Shown here piece after piece: positions 1-7,659 of a stretch of 20,000 nt of DNA. This stretch comes from an uncultured virus (IMG/VR IMGVR_UViG_3300027747_002439) (Duplodnaviria; Heunggongvirae; Uroviricota; Caudoviricetes). The notes under the pieces are model-generated. The model worked only from the letters and a program-made list of their open reading frames with translations, was not told the DNA's origin and searched no databases. The first letter of the stretch is position 1. Each line of letters begins with the position of its first letter. Both the position numbers and the translations under genes were made by a program. The stretch is taken from positions 54,851 to 74,850 of IMG/VR virus record IMGVR_UViG_3300027747_002439. One strand, written 5' to 3'.

Positions 1-108
1 GGAAACTGTGGAGCTAGAGTCTGTGTCAATTGCCCAGTCCGCGTGAGCAGGTGTTGCGATGAGAGTTGCCATGGAAACAATCCCAAGTAGCGTTATACGT
101 CTTTTCAT
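1..108 (-). CDS. N-terminal part of a secreted/exported protein (runs off the window)
   Basis: Manual translation MKRRITLLGIVSMATLIATPAHADWAIDTDSSSTVS: basic N-terminus, hydrophobic core and AHA cleavage motif; GAAAGG SD upstream on - strand. Not in the ORF track. Confidence 0.7.
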   Translation of the reverse strand, partial: MKRRITLLGIVSMATLIATPAHADWAIDTDSSSTVS

Positions 109-210
109 CTTAGTGCCTTTCGTAGTGTGTCATTTAGTATAATAGACAATATCACATAGAGGCCAGAACGTACAACTATCACCGCAGGTTTTGTGGGATA
201 CTATCTATCA

Positions 211-486
211 ATGGAATTCAACGACGATATAGACCCTGATTTTGGTAGAGATGATGATGTTCTAATGCAGTATCTTGAGGAGGAAGGGCTACTCCTCGTC
301 CCCGTTGAGTTCATGAAGGAACTGATGGCTCTCATGGAGACATACATCCAGAACGTATGTGACGTAGATAGGGATGAACTTAGCGAGATCTTAACCCGTC
401 TAGAGGATCTTCTAGGGGAAGACGGCATGATGGACTTATCTATTGAAGGTATCGTCGGCTGGGTAAATACGCTAAAAGCTGTCTAG
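211..486 (+). CDS. Very acidic hypothetical protein (91 aa)
   Basis: ORF 193..486; start moved to ATG 211 because TACTAT (199-204) lies 6 nt upstream. 25 D/E versus 5 K/R. Confidence 0.75.
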   Translation: MEFNDDIDPDFGRDDDVLMQYLEEEGLLLVPVEFMKELMALMETYIQNVCDVDRDELSEILTRLEDLLGEDGMMDLSIEGIVGWVNTLKAV

Positions 487-491
487 GATCC

Positions 492-500
492 TGTTATAAT
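492..500 (+). promoter_or_regulatory. Extended -10 promoter TGtTATAAT
   Basis: Perfect TGnTATAAT just after the stop at 486, with no convincing ORF downstream until 759. Confidence 0.7.
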
Positions 501-506
501 TTAAGC

Positions 507-723
507 ATCGCCACTGGCCTGGTGCCGCCATCAGTAGCTTGTCACAACGAAAGCGAACCTTCGCTAATCCCGCCAATGCGAATCGTCCTGGATAAGACGT
601 ACAACTGTCATCCACTCCAACTTCAGAGTTGAGTGTCTAGCACTGGCTGGGTAGACATCGAGTGGGTTGTTGATTAGCGAGCTATCGTTACGGGTAGCAT
701 AAGAAGCGCTGCCAGTGCTAGAC
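507..723 (+). ncRNA. Candidate structured non-coding RNA, family unassigned
   Basis: Own promoter. Complementary segments 561-569/672-680, 612-617/660-665, 618-622/627-631, 634-639/652-657 and 635-647/711-723 (13 bp perfect); T-rich tract at 728-742. Confidence 0.6.
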
Positions 724-758
724 CCGATTCTTTCTAATTTTTATGATACAGTTCATTC

Positions 759-1109
759 ATGACACCGGAGATCTTTGTTCGCCCTTGGGGCTTCTATGTA
801 ATCCTTCACACTGAGCAAAAAGTACAGGTCAAACGAATACACGTTGAAAACGGAAGTCGTTTAAGTAAGCAATCACACAAACACCGCGCGGAGCATTGGT
901 ACATCACGCAAGGTTACGCGGAGGTCGAGCTATTTGACCAGATACTTCATCTTGGCCCAGGAGACTACGTCTCAATTGGGGTTGGAGAAGTTCACCGCGT
1001 AAGAGCCGAAGGCGAAGGCGACCTCGTCTTTATCGAGATTCAAACAGGTGAGTATCTTGGAGAAGATGACATCATTAGATATGAAGATGATTTTGGACGT
1101 GTTGAGTAG
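759..1109 (+). CDS. Cupin, mannose-6-phosphate isomerase type II (ManC C-terminal)-like
   Basis: RPWG, LSKQSHKHRAEHW, HRV and IEIQTGEYLGEDDIIRYEDDFGR motifs. Confidence 0.9.
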   Translation: MTPEIFVRPWGFYVILHTEQKVQVKRIHVENGSRLSKQSHKHRAEHWYITQGYAEVELFDQILHLGPGDYVSIGVGEVHRVRAEGEGDLVFIEIQTGEYLGEDDIIRYEDDFGRVE

Positions 1110-1666
1110 TGGAGCAAGAGCTTCCTACGTGGTTTAACCACGTTAAACCAAACTTTGAAAACTACCTGAGGATTGAATCTCCCTTAACTGTTTTACAGAT
1201 CGGAGTATATGAGGGTGACACAACACAGTGGTTATTAGACAATAAAAACATCAACAGGATAGTAGACGTTGACACCTGGGAAGGCTCAATAGAGCACGAA
1301 GGTACCTTTGACTTTAACCAGGTTGAGAGAGTCTACGACGAGCGATTTGCTAAAATTGAAAAGGTTGAAAAGCGTAAGGGCACAAGTGATAAATACTTTG
1401 CGACATGCCCTGCAAGTGAAAGATTTAACGTTGTCTACATAGACGGAGATCACACCGCACTGCAGACCGTGATTGATGCCCTTCATGGCTGGCGCGTGCT
1501 GGAGGTTGGCGGGATCATGATATTTGACGACTACGACTGGCACATGTATCAAGGAACACCCTTACACCCTAAGGACGGTATTGATTGCGTTCTAAGGCTG
1601 TTTAGAGGACGCTACAACCTTATCGTTACGAACTACCAGGTCTGGATTCGTAAGACCGCGGAGTAG
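1109..1666 (+). CDS. Class I SAM-dependent methyltransferase (Methyltransf_24-like)
   Basis: LQIGVYEG motif I, VDVDTW, YIDGDH, GGIMIFDDY; start overlaps the upstream stop (TAGTG). Confidence 0.85.
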   Translation: MEQELPTWFNHVKPNFENYLRIESPLTVLQIGVYEGDTTQWLLDNKNINRIVDVDTWEGSIEHEGTFDFNQVERVYDERFAKIEKVEKRKGTSDKYFATCPASERFNVVYIDGDHTALQTVIDALHGWRVLEVGGIMIFDDYDWHMYQGTPLHPKDGIDCVLRLFRGRYNLIVTNYQVWIRKTAE

Positions 1667-1705
1667 GCTTTTATCAATCATATGTAGATAAGATAAAATA
1701 AGCCT

Positions 1706-2602
1706 ATGCCTATTCTTGGAACAATCGCGAGCGGGTACAATGTACCTTTGTCAATTGTCACTGGCGGTACACTTACTAGTGACGCAACTTATTACTACCG
1801 TACATTTACTTCTACCGCAGACTTAGTAGTCACTGCAGCTCCTCTTACTGCAGATGCTCTTGTAATTGCAGGCGGAGGCCCAGGCGGAAATAACTCGGCT
1901 GGAGGATACGCTTCTGGCGGTGGAGCTGGTGGAGTTCAATATGGAGCTGCAACTTCTTTTTCGGCGGGAACTTACACGGCAACAATTGGTGGCGGTGGCA
2001 GCCTTGGGTCTAATGGAGTTGATTCTTCACTAGGTTCTTTATTTATCGCAAAGGGCGGCGGTAGAGGCGTATTAGCTAGTGCTGTAGACGGAGTAGCTGG
2101 CGGATCTGGCGGTGGAGCAAGCGGTAATCAGGGCACATCAGCAACAGCAACAGGTGGCGCAGCTACAAGCGGCACTGGCGGAATTTTTTATGGAAATAAA
2201 GGTGGAGATTCTTTTGGTGGCACAAACGGTGCGTATCCAGCGCAAGGTGGCGGAGGCGGCGCGGGCGCAGCAGGAGGTAGCGTGTCTCTTAGCGGAGGGT
2301 ACGGAGAAACTCCTGGCGGGTCGGGCGGAGATGGATTAAGCACTTGGTCATCTTGGGCAACTGCAACTGGAACTGGTAGAAGCGGATATTACGCAGGTGG
2401 TGGATGCGGCGGATACAGAGTTGATGCTTCTAGTGGACAAGCTGGCGCAGGTGGAGGCGGTGGGTACGGAGTTGCAGGTGGCACTAATACTGGTGGTGGC
2501 GGCGGCGGAGCTTTGAACGGCGGTCAATACAATACAGTAAGTGGCATAGGTGGATCTGGTATTGTTATTGTTCGCTATCTTCGTTCTGCAGTGGGTGGTT
2601 AA
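1706..2602 (+). CDS. Glycine-rich domain protein (putative virion fibre/appendage)
   Basis: TGGT...YRTFT, LVIAGGG, YYAGGG and GGSGIVIVRY: one complete glycine-rich module. Confidence 0.8.
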   Translation: MPILGTIASGYNVPLSIVTGGTLTSDATYYYRTFTSTADLVVTAAPLTADALVIAGGGPGGNNSAGGYASGGGAGGVQYGAATSFSAGTYTATIGGGGSLGSNGVDSSLGSLFIAKGGGRGVLASAVDGVAGGSGGGASGNQGTSATATGGAATSGTGGIFYGNKGGDSFGGTNGAYPAQGGGGGAGAAGGSVSLSGGYGETPGGSGGDGLSTWSSWATATGTGRSGYYAGGGCGGYRVDASSGQAGAGGGGGYGVAGGTNTGGGGGGALNGGQYNTVSGIGGSGIVIVRYLRSAVGG

Positions 2603-2619
2603 GTAATATAATTGCAAGT

Positions 2620-2847
2620 ATGAGCGACGTAATAATAGAAGTTGATACTGAAGCAGATCTGCGCACTAACAGCGGAGATCACGACAAGTTTTCGCATTAT
2701 ATTCACCGCGATGCAGCAATGGAAGCATACGTAGAAGGCAAGCCTGCTATCGCTTTATGTGGAAAAATATGGGTTCCAACAAGAGACGGAACAAAATTTC
2801 CTGTCTGCAAGCCGTGTAAAGAAATCTTTGAAACACTAGGAAGTTAA
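2620..2847 (+). CDS. DUF3039-family actinobacterial metal-binding protein
   Basis: GDHDKFSHY...ALCGKIWVPTRD...PVCKPCKEI pattern. Confidence 0.85.
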   Translation: MSDVIIEVDTEADLRTNSGDHDKFSHYIHRDAAMEAYVEGKPAIALCGKIWVPTRDGTKFPVCKPCKEIFETLGS

Positions 2848-2920
2848 CACGCTTTAACGAAAAAGCAGTATAATTCGTCATCTAATTTTGATCTAAAATT
2901 ACAACATATTCCAGGGGGTT

Positions 2921-4963
2921 TTGGTGAGCTTTTTCTCTTTCAAACTAAGCGATGATTTTGTGCAAGGGTATCGAGGAAAGAAAGCTCCTTTTGGCTACAC
3001 TGATGCAGCAGGAAACTCTGTTGGAGAAATTACTTTTCTTCGCACGTACTCTCGCTTAAAAGAAGACGGCACCAAGGAAACTTGGGCTGACGTATGCGAG
3101 CGTGTCATCAATGGCATGTACTCTATTCAAAAAGATCACTGCAAAAGCCAAAGACTTCCTTGGAATGATTCAAAGGCACAGGCATCTGCAAAGGATGGAT
3201 TTGATAGACTATTTAATCTAAAGTGGACACCGCCAGGTCGTGGTCTCTGGGTTATGGGTACTCCTTTAGTTAACGTGCAAAAGAACTCTGCAGCACTGCA
3301 AAACTGTGCATTTGTTTCAACACTTGAAATGACAAAGCAAAACCCAGCAAAGCCTTTTGCGTTTCTTATGGAAGCGTCAATGCTCGGCGTTGGTGTAGGA
3401 TTTGATGATAAAGGTGCAGACAAAGATTTTGTGATTTATTCACCGCAAGGAGAGGAAACATACGTTGTCCCAGACACAAGAGAAGGATGGGTTGAATCAC
3501 TCTCAATCATCCTCAATGCTTACCTCAAGCCAGATCAGAAGGCTCCATTATATGATTACAGCCAAGTCCGCCCAGCAGGTATTCCAATCAAGACGTTCGG
3601 TGGCACAGCCGCAGGACACGAACCGTTAGAACGTTTACACAACTACATCCGTAAACTATTTGAAGGACGCGCCGGTGAAAAAGTTACTCGTACTGATCTT
3701 GCTGACATCGGTAATCTTATTGGCGTGTGCGTTGTTTCTGGCAACGTTCGTCGCTCAGCTGAACTTCTAATCGGTCGCCTTGATGACGATACGTTCCTAA
3801 ACCTTAAGAACACAGAGCGTTTCCCAGAGCGCAATAGCTATGACCCAGCATCACCGGGTTGGGGCTGGATGTCAAACAACTCCATTGAAACAACAGTAGG
3901 ACAAGATCTAGACAAGATCGTTGAGGGCATTGCCCGCAACGGAGAGCCTGGCGTAGTCTGGATGGACGTATCACGTAAGTATGGTCGTTTAGCAGATCCA
4001 GTAAACAACAAGGATCACCGCGTAGTTGGATACAACCCTTGCGCAGAGCAGTCACTTGAATCATACGAGTGTTGCACGCTTGTTGAGACGTATCTAGGAC
4101 GTCACGATTCACTAGAAGACTACAAGCGCACGTTGAAGTTTGCATATCTATATGCTAAGACAGTGACGCTGCTTCCTACTCACTGGGAGGAGACAAACGC
4201 AATCATGCAACGCAACCGCCGTATCGGAACTTCAATGTCCGGTGTAGCTAACTTTGCAGACAACGTTGGTTTACCAACTCTGCGTGAGTGGATGGACGAA
4301 GGATACAAGACAGTCAAGACGTATGACAACACGTATTCAGAGTGGCTTGGTATTCGTGAGTCTATTAAGATGACTACCGTTAAGCCTTCAGGTACAGTTT
4401 CAATCTTGGCAGGAGAGTCACCGGGAGTTCACTGGACACCAGGCGGAGAGTACTTTAACCGCGCAATTCGTTTCTCTAACGAAGATCCAATGTTGCCTCT
4501 CTTCAAGATGGCAAACTACAGAGTTGAGCCTGCGTCAGAGTCACCAGACTTTACGAGCGTCGTGTTCTTCCCTATCAAGTCAAGCGCTAAGCGTGCCGAG
4601 AAGGAAGTATCAATCTTTGAGAAGACAGCAATCGCCGCAACAGCGCAGCGCTACTGGTCAGACAACTCTGTCTCTGTAACCGTATCATTTGATCCTGAAA
4701 AGGAAGCGGAGCACGTAGGAACAGTTCTTCACATGTACGACGGACAGTTGAAGACAGTGTCCTTCCTGCCGATGGGTAACTTCACATATCCGCAGATGCC
4801 ATACACGCAGATCACCGCAAGTGAGTATGAGGATGCGACGATGAAGTTGTTTCCTATTGACTTCACCGGAGTCTACGCAGGAATGGCGTCGGATGCAATC
4901 GGAGATGCGTACTGCACAACTGATGCGTGCGAGGTTAAGCTTATCGTGGAGAACATGAAGTAA
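2921..4963 (+). CDS. nrdJ: Class II (adenosylcobalamin-dependent) ribonucleotide reductase, monomeric RTPR type
   Basis: PPGRGLW, NCAF, VVSGNVRRSA, catalytic NPCAEQ..ECCTL, KPSGT and C-terminal CTTDAC redox pair. Start is TTG 2921 or GTG 2924. Confidence 0.93.
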   Translation: MVSFFSFKLSDDFVQGYRGKKAPFGYTDAAGNSVGEITFLRTYSRLKEDGTKETWADVCERVINGMYSIQKDHCKSQRLPWNDSKAQASAKDGFDRLFNLKWTPPGRGLWVMGTPLVNVQKNSAALQNCAFVSTLEMTKQNPAKPFAFLMEASMLGVGVGFDDKGADKDFVIYSPQGEETYVVPDTREGWVESLSIILNAYLKPDQKAPLYDYSQVRPAGIPIKTFGGTAAGHEPLERLHNYIRKLFEGRAGEKVTRTDLADIGNLIGVCVVSGNVRRSAELLIGRLDDDTFLNLKNTERFPERNSYDPASPGWGWMSNNSIETTVGQDLDKIVEGIARNGEPGVVWMDVSRKYGRLADPVNNKDHRVVGYNPCAEQSLESYECCTLVETYLGRHDSLEDYKRTLKFAYLYAKTVTLLPTHWEETNAIMQRNRRIGTSMSGVANFADNVGLPTLREWMDEGYKTVKTYDNTYSEWLGIRESIKMTTVKPSGTVSILAGESPGVHWTPGGEYFNRAIRFSNEDPMLPLFKMANYRVEPASESPDFTSVVFFPIKSSAKRAEKEVSIFEKTAIAATAQRYWSDNSVSVTVSFDPEKEAEHVGTVLHMYDGQLKTVSFLPMGNFTYPQMPYTQITASEYEDATMKLFPIDFTGVYAGMASDAIGDAYCTTDACEVKLIVENMK

Positions 4964-5142
4964 TGCCACAGTACGAATATCATTGCAAGAATGGTCACTA
5001 CAACCTCATAGAGCGTAGCATAAGCGAGCCAGAGGGTAATCCAACCTGCACCGCTCCGGAGTGCTCTGAAGAGCTTAAGAGACAGTACAGCGTACCTTCA
5101 ATAAGCTTCAAAGGAAACGGGTTTTACTCAACGTCTAAATGA
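4963..5142 (+). CDS. FmdB-family zinc-ribbon protein (59 aa)
   Basis: Manual translation MPQYEYHCKNGH...CTAPEC...SFKGNGFYSTSK; TAATG coupling to nrdJ; below the ORF-track cutoff. Confidence 0.85.
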   Translation: MPQYEYHCKNGHYNLIERSISEPEGNPTCTAPECSEELKRQYSVPSISFKGNGFYSTSK

Positions 5143-5177
5143 CGTACTTTTGTCATAGTTCAATATAGAATTATTTA

Positions 5178-5480
5178 ATGGCAAAACATAACCCGCAGCT
5201 TCTCAACCTGCGCCCTGTCTATGATGACTGGGCATGGCAGGAACAGTCTAACTGTCGTGATGTAGATTCAGATCTATTCTTTTTAGATCTGATGGCACGT
5301 GGCAAGGAAAAACGTGAAAAAGAAAAAGCTGCCAAGAAGGTGTGTAGAGGTTGTCCTGTTTTGGAACAATGCTTAAGTCATGCTCTTTCAATTCCAGAGT
5401 TCTTTGGTGTCTGGGGCGGAATGACAGCGGACGAACGAAACTTTATTCTTCGCAAGCAAGGATTAAGAATAGTTAAGTAA
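5178..5480 (+). CDS. whiB: WhiB-family Fe-S transcription factor (WhiB3-like)
   Basis: WAWQ..C...LFF...AKKVCRGCPVLEQCLSHAL...GVWGG: four cysteines plus GVWGG turn. Confidence 0.93.
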   Translation: MAKHNPQLLNLRPVYDDWAWQEQSNCRDVDSDLFFLDLMARGKEKREKEKAAKKVCRGCPVLEQCLSHALSIPEFFGVWGGMTADERNFILRKQGLRIVK

Positions 5481-5536
5481 GTGTAAACTAAAAACTTATA
5501 GTTTACAAGAATTCCTATTGTGTGTATGGTCCGTCC

Positions 5537-5824
5537 ATGGCACTAGACATACAGCTATCTAGCAATTACCCTGTCTTCAAAGATCTTGGAGTCCCTGCTT
5601 GTGCGACTACAGATCCTGAGATTTTCTTTCCAGAAAAAGGAGCAAAGGGCCAATCTCAATACATCATTGGCGCAGCGCGAAGAATGTGTGCAGGCTGTCC
5701 TTATAAAGAGCCGTGCCTTGCATGGGCAGTAGAGCACGATGAAATGGGAATCTGGGGCGGAACTACCCAGAAAGAACGACGTGTTCACCGCAGAAAGTTA
5801 AAAGTAACAAACAGCAATAAATGA
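5537..5824 (+). CDS. whiB: WhiB-family Fe-S transcription factor (WhiB2-like)
   Basis: CATTDPEIFFPEKG...CAGCPYKEPC...GIWGG...ERR with a basic tail. ATG 5537 lies 6 nt after TATGGT. Confidence 0.93.
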   Translation: MALDIQLSSNYPVFKDLGVPACATTDPEIFFPEKGAKGQSQYIIGAARRMCAGCPYKEPCLAWAVEHDEMGIWGGTTQKERRVHRRKLKVTNSNK

Positions 5825-5880
5825 TAGAATAATAAAGCTTCTTGGGAGAGGTAAGCAAACCTTACTACCTCTATCCCTAG
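5822..5880 (+). promoter_or_regulatory. Extended -10 (TGaTAGAAT) followed by a 5'-leader hairpin
   Basis: TGATAGAAT at 5822-5830; GGGA-GAGG-TAAG/CTTA-CCTC-TCCC bulged stem ending just before the GGAG SD at 5881. Confidence 0.5.
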
Positions 5881-5889
5881 GGAGATTAT

Positions 5890-6183
5890 ATGGCAAAAAA
5901 GAACGACATTATGGAAGCTGATGTTTCAGTGGCAGCAGGACCAGTCACCGCGATTAAGAACATCTTGCTTCGTATCATAGCAGTATTCGCTGCATCAGGA
6001 CTTAGTGTTATCGGCGCTGGCGCTGTTGTTGGAATTAGCACCGCGAAGGCAGTAATCCTTGCTGGAACACTTGGTGTTGCAACTGTAGTTGAGCGCCTTG
6101 CTCGTGGATTCATGGACGATGGAAAACTTACCGTTCAAGAAATTAACGCTGCATTTAACTCTGTAGACAAGAAGGCTAACTAA
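5890..6183 (+). CDS. Small membrane protein, holin-like
   Basis: Two hydrophobic segments, charged C-terminus with DDGKLTVQEI, GGAG SD. Confidence 0.65.
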   Translation: MAKKNDIMEADVSVAAGPVTAIKNILLRIIAVFAASGLSVIGAGAVVGISTAKAVILAGTLGVATVVERLARGFMDDGKLTVQEINAAFNSVDKKAN

Positions 6184-6185
6184 AT

Positions 6186-6341
6186 ATGAGCCCTACACTA
6201 AAGCTAGGACTTATGGTTTTTGGAACTTTAGGCGTTATATACATAGTCTCTTACTTGACGGCTGAAATCATATTTAGACTTACAAAAGAGGACGTTAACA
6301 CGGCATTTGCCGCGGTAGACAAGCGAGCAGCTGCAGAATAA
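6186..6341 (+). CDS. 51-aa single-TM paralogue of the C-terminal half of 5890..6183
   Basis: Manual translation MSPTLKLGLMVFGTLGVIYIVSYLTAEIIFRLTKEDVNTAFAAVDKRAAAE; shares GTLGV and LT....N.AF..VDK.A. Confidence 0.7.
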   Translation: MSPTLKLGLMVFGTLGVIYIVSYLTAEIIFRLTKEDVNTAFAAVDKRAAAE

Positions 6342-6384
6342 CCCGTAGACACCTATGTCTACATTTAATGATTCTTACGGCTTT

Positions 6385-6498
6385 ATGAGTAATGAACGAC
6401 GTATGCAGCAATGGACGTGTGCCATTTGTGACAAGGTATATGTTGTTTCATCGCTAGCAAGAGACTGTGAGGATAGACACCTAGCTACTGAGAAGTAG
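6385..6498 (+). CDS. 37-aa zinc-finger-like microprotein
   Basis: Manual translation MSNERRMQQWTCAICDKVYVVSSLARDCEDRHLATEK (CxxC-x12-CxxxH). Confidence 0.65.
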   Translation: MSNERRMQQWTCAICDKVYVVSSLARDCEDRHLATEK

Positions 6499-6521
6499 TT
6501 AGAAAAACCTATAGGAGAATA

Positions 6522-7538
6522 ATGAAGTTAATACGTAACATAGCAATGACATCTGTCGTTGCGCTAGGTCTTGGAGCTGCAGTTGCACTCCCGGCAAGCG
6601 CTGCGGACATGTCACTATCAGTAAAGGTCGGAGCAGCTGTTGCAAGTTCGAACGCAACAACAGCTTTAGTACCTGCAGTAGTAACGGTTCCAGCAGATAA
6701 CACAATCGACGAAGCAGACGTAGTCCGTTTGGTCGCAACTGTAGACGCAGGTACCTCAGTTTCATTCGTCGCAACAGGAGCTATCAAGCTCGTTGCAGCT
6801 CTAGATAATCCAGCGGCAGTGCGTGTACGCTCGACAGACGGAGCTTCATCAGTTGTTGTAGCAACAGGAACAGGTAACACTGCAACTGTTTATGCTTACA
6901 CAACTAATGTAGCGGCAGGTACAATCATCGTTTCTAACGGTGGAGTTACCAACACAATTTACATGAAGGGCACAGCAGGCGCAGCATCAGCAGTTTCTGT
7001 AGTTGCTCCTTCAGCTGTAGCTTCTGGCACAGTGGCAACATACACATTTACAGCTCTAGACGTTTTCGGCAACAAGGTTTCCGGCCTTGCGATTAACGCT
7101 ACAGTTGCAGGTGCAACAGTTGCTTCAACTGGCCTTAACGTGGCAACAGTGACAACAGCGGTTGATACAGCTACAGTAGGTCTTGGCAACGCAGAGCTTA
7201 AGGTTCTTGCTCCTGCTACTGGATCTATTACAGTTGTAGCAACAGCTACAGGCGTGGCTGCAGTTGCAGCTACAACAGTCGTAAGCGATCTTGCAGCAGA
7301 ACTTGCAAAGGTCAAGGCTGAACTTGCCGCTGAGAAGGCAGGACGCGCAGCTGATAAGACTGCAGCGGACGCGGCAATGGCTAAGGTAGTAGCGGATAAC
7401 GCGGCTGCTAAGGTTGTTACAGATAAGGCAGTTGCTGATCTTTCAGCCGCAGTTGCTAAGCTCAATAAGGACATGGCCTCAATTAAGGCTAAGTACAACG
7501 CGATGGCAAAGAAGTATAAGTTCACCGCGATTAAGTAA
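6522..7538 (+). CDS. Exported Ala/Thr/Val-rich surface protein (Ig-like beta domains plus C-terminal coiled coil)
   Basis: Signal peptide ending ALPASA, beta-strand-rich body with DVFGN, Ala/Lys helical tail; AGGAG SD and own terminator. Confidence 0.75.
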   Translation: MKLIRNIAMTSVVALGLGAAVALPASAADMSLSVKVGAAVASSNATTALVPAVVTVPADNTIDEADVVRLVATVDAGTSVSFVATGAIKLVAALDNPAAVRVRSTDGASSVVVATGTGNTATVYAYTTNVAAGTIIVSNGGVTNTIYMKGTAGAASAVSVVAPSAVASGTVATYTFTALDVFGNKVSGLAINATVAGATVASTGLNVATVTTAVDTATVGLGNAELKVLAPATGSITVVATATGVAAVAATTVVSDLAAELAKVKAELAAEKAGRAADKTAADAAMAKVVADNAAAKVVTDKAVADLSAAVAKLNKDMASIKAKYNAMAKKYKFTAIK

Positions 7539-7552
7539 AGTAGGTCATTAAG

Positions 7553-7580
7553 GCGGGGTCAGGAAACTGGCCCCGCTTTT
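7553..7580 (+). terminator. Intrinsic terminator
   Basis: GCGGGGTCAG-GAAA-CTGGCCCCGC followed by TTTT. Confidence 0.9.
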
Positions 7581-7610
7581 CTTATGCCTTAAGACGCTTT
7601 GTCCGTACTA

Positions 7611-7632
7611 GTATAGAATTGGTATAGAATTG
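7611..7632 (+). repeat. Tandem 11-bp duplication GTATAGAATTG, each copy carrying a TAGAAT -10
   Basis: Exact copies at 7611-7621 and 7622-7632. Confidence 0.8.
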
Positions 7633-7659
7633 TATGTATATTTAGAGAAGGATAAACTA

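Noticed and set aside
601..654. tmRNA-like tag frame (ACAACT then VIHSNFRVECLALAG-stop) inside the ncRNA candidate
   Set aside because: No tRNA-like domain (no GGGG..TCGA 5' end, no T-loop, no CCA) and the tag does not end in AA; probably coincidence.
507..723. Assignment to a known riboswitch (cobalamin, c-di-AMP, SAM) or SRP RNA
   Set aside because: I could not find the conserved cores, and the downstream gene has its own promoter.
2921..4963. Intein or group I intron in nrdJ
   Set aside because: Continuous 680-aa ORF with normally spaced motifs and no splicing or homing-endonuclease motifs.
6499..7525. Antisense ORFs 6499..6774, 6509..6880 and 6959..7525
   Set aside because: Shadow frames of the codon-biased Ala/Thr/Val-rich gene on +.
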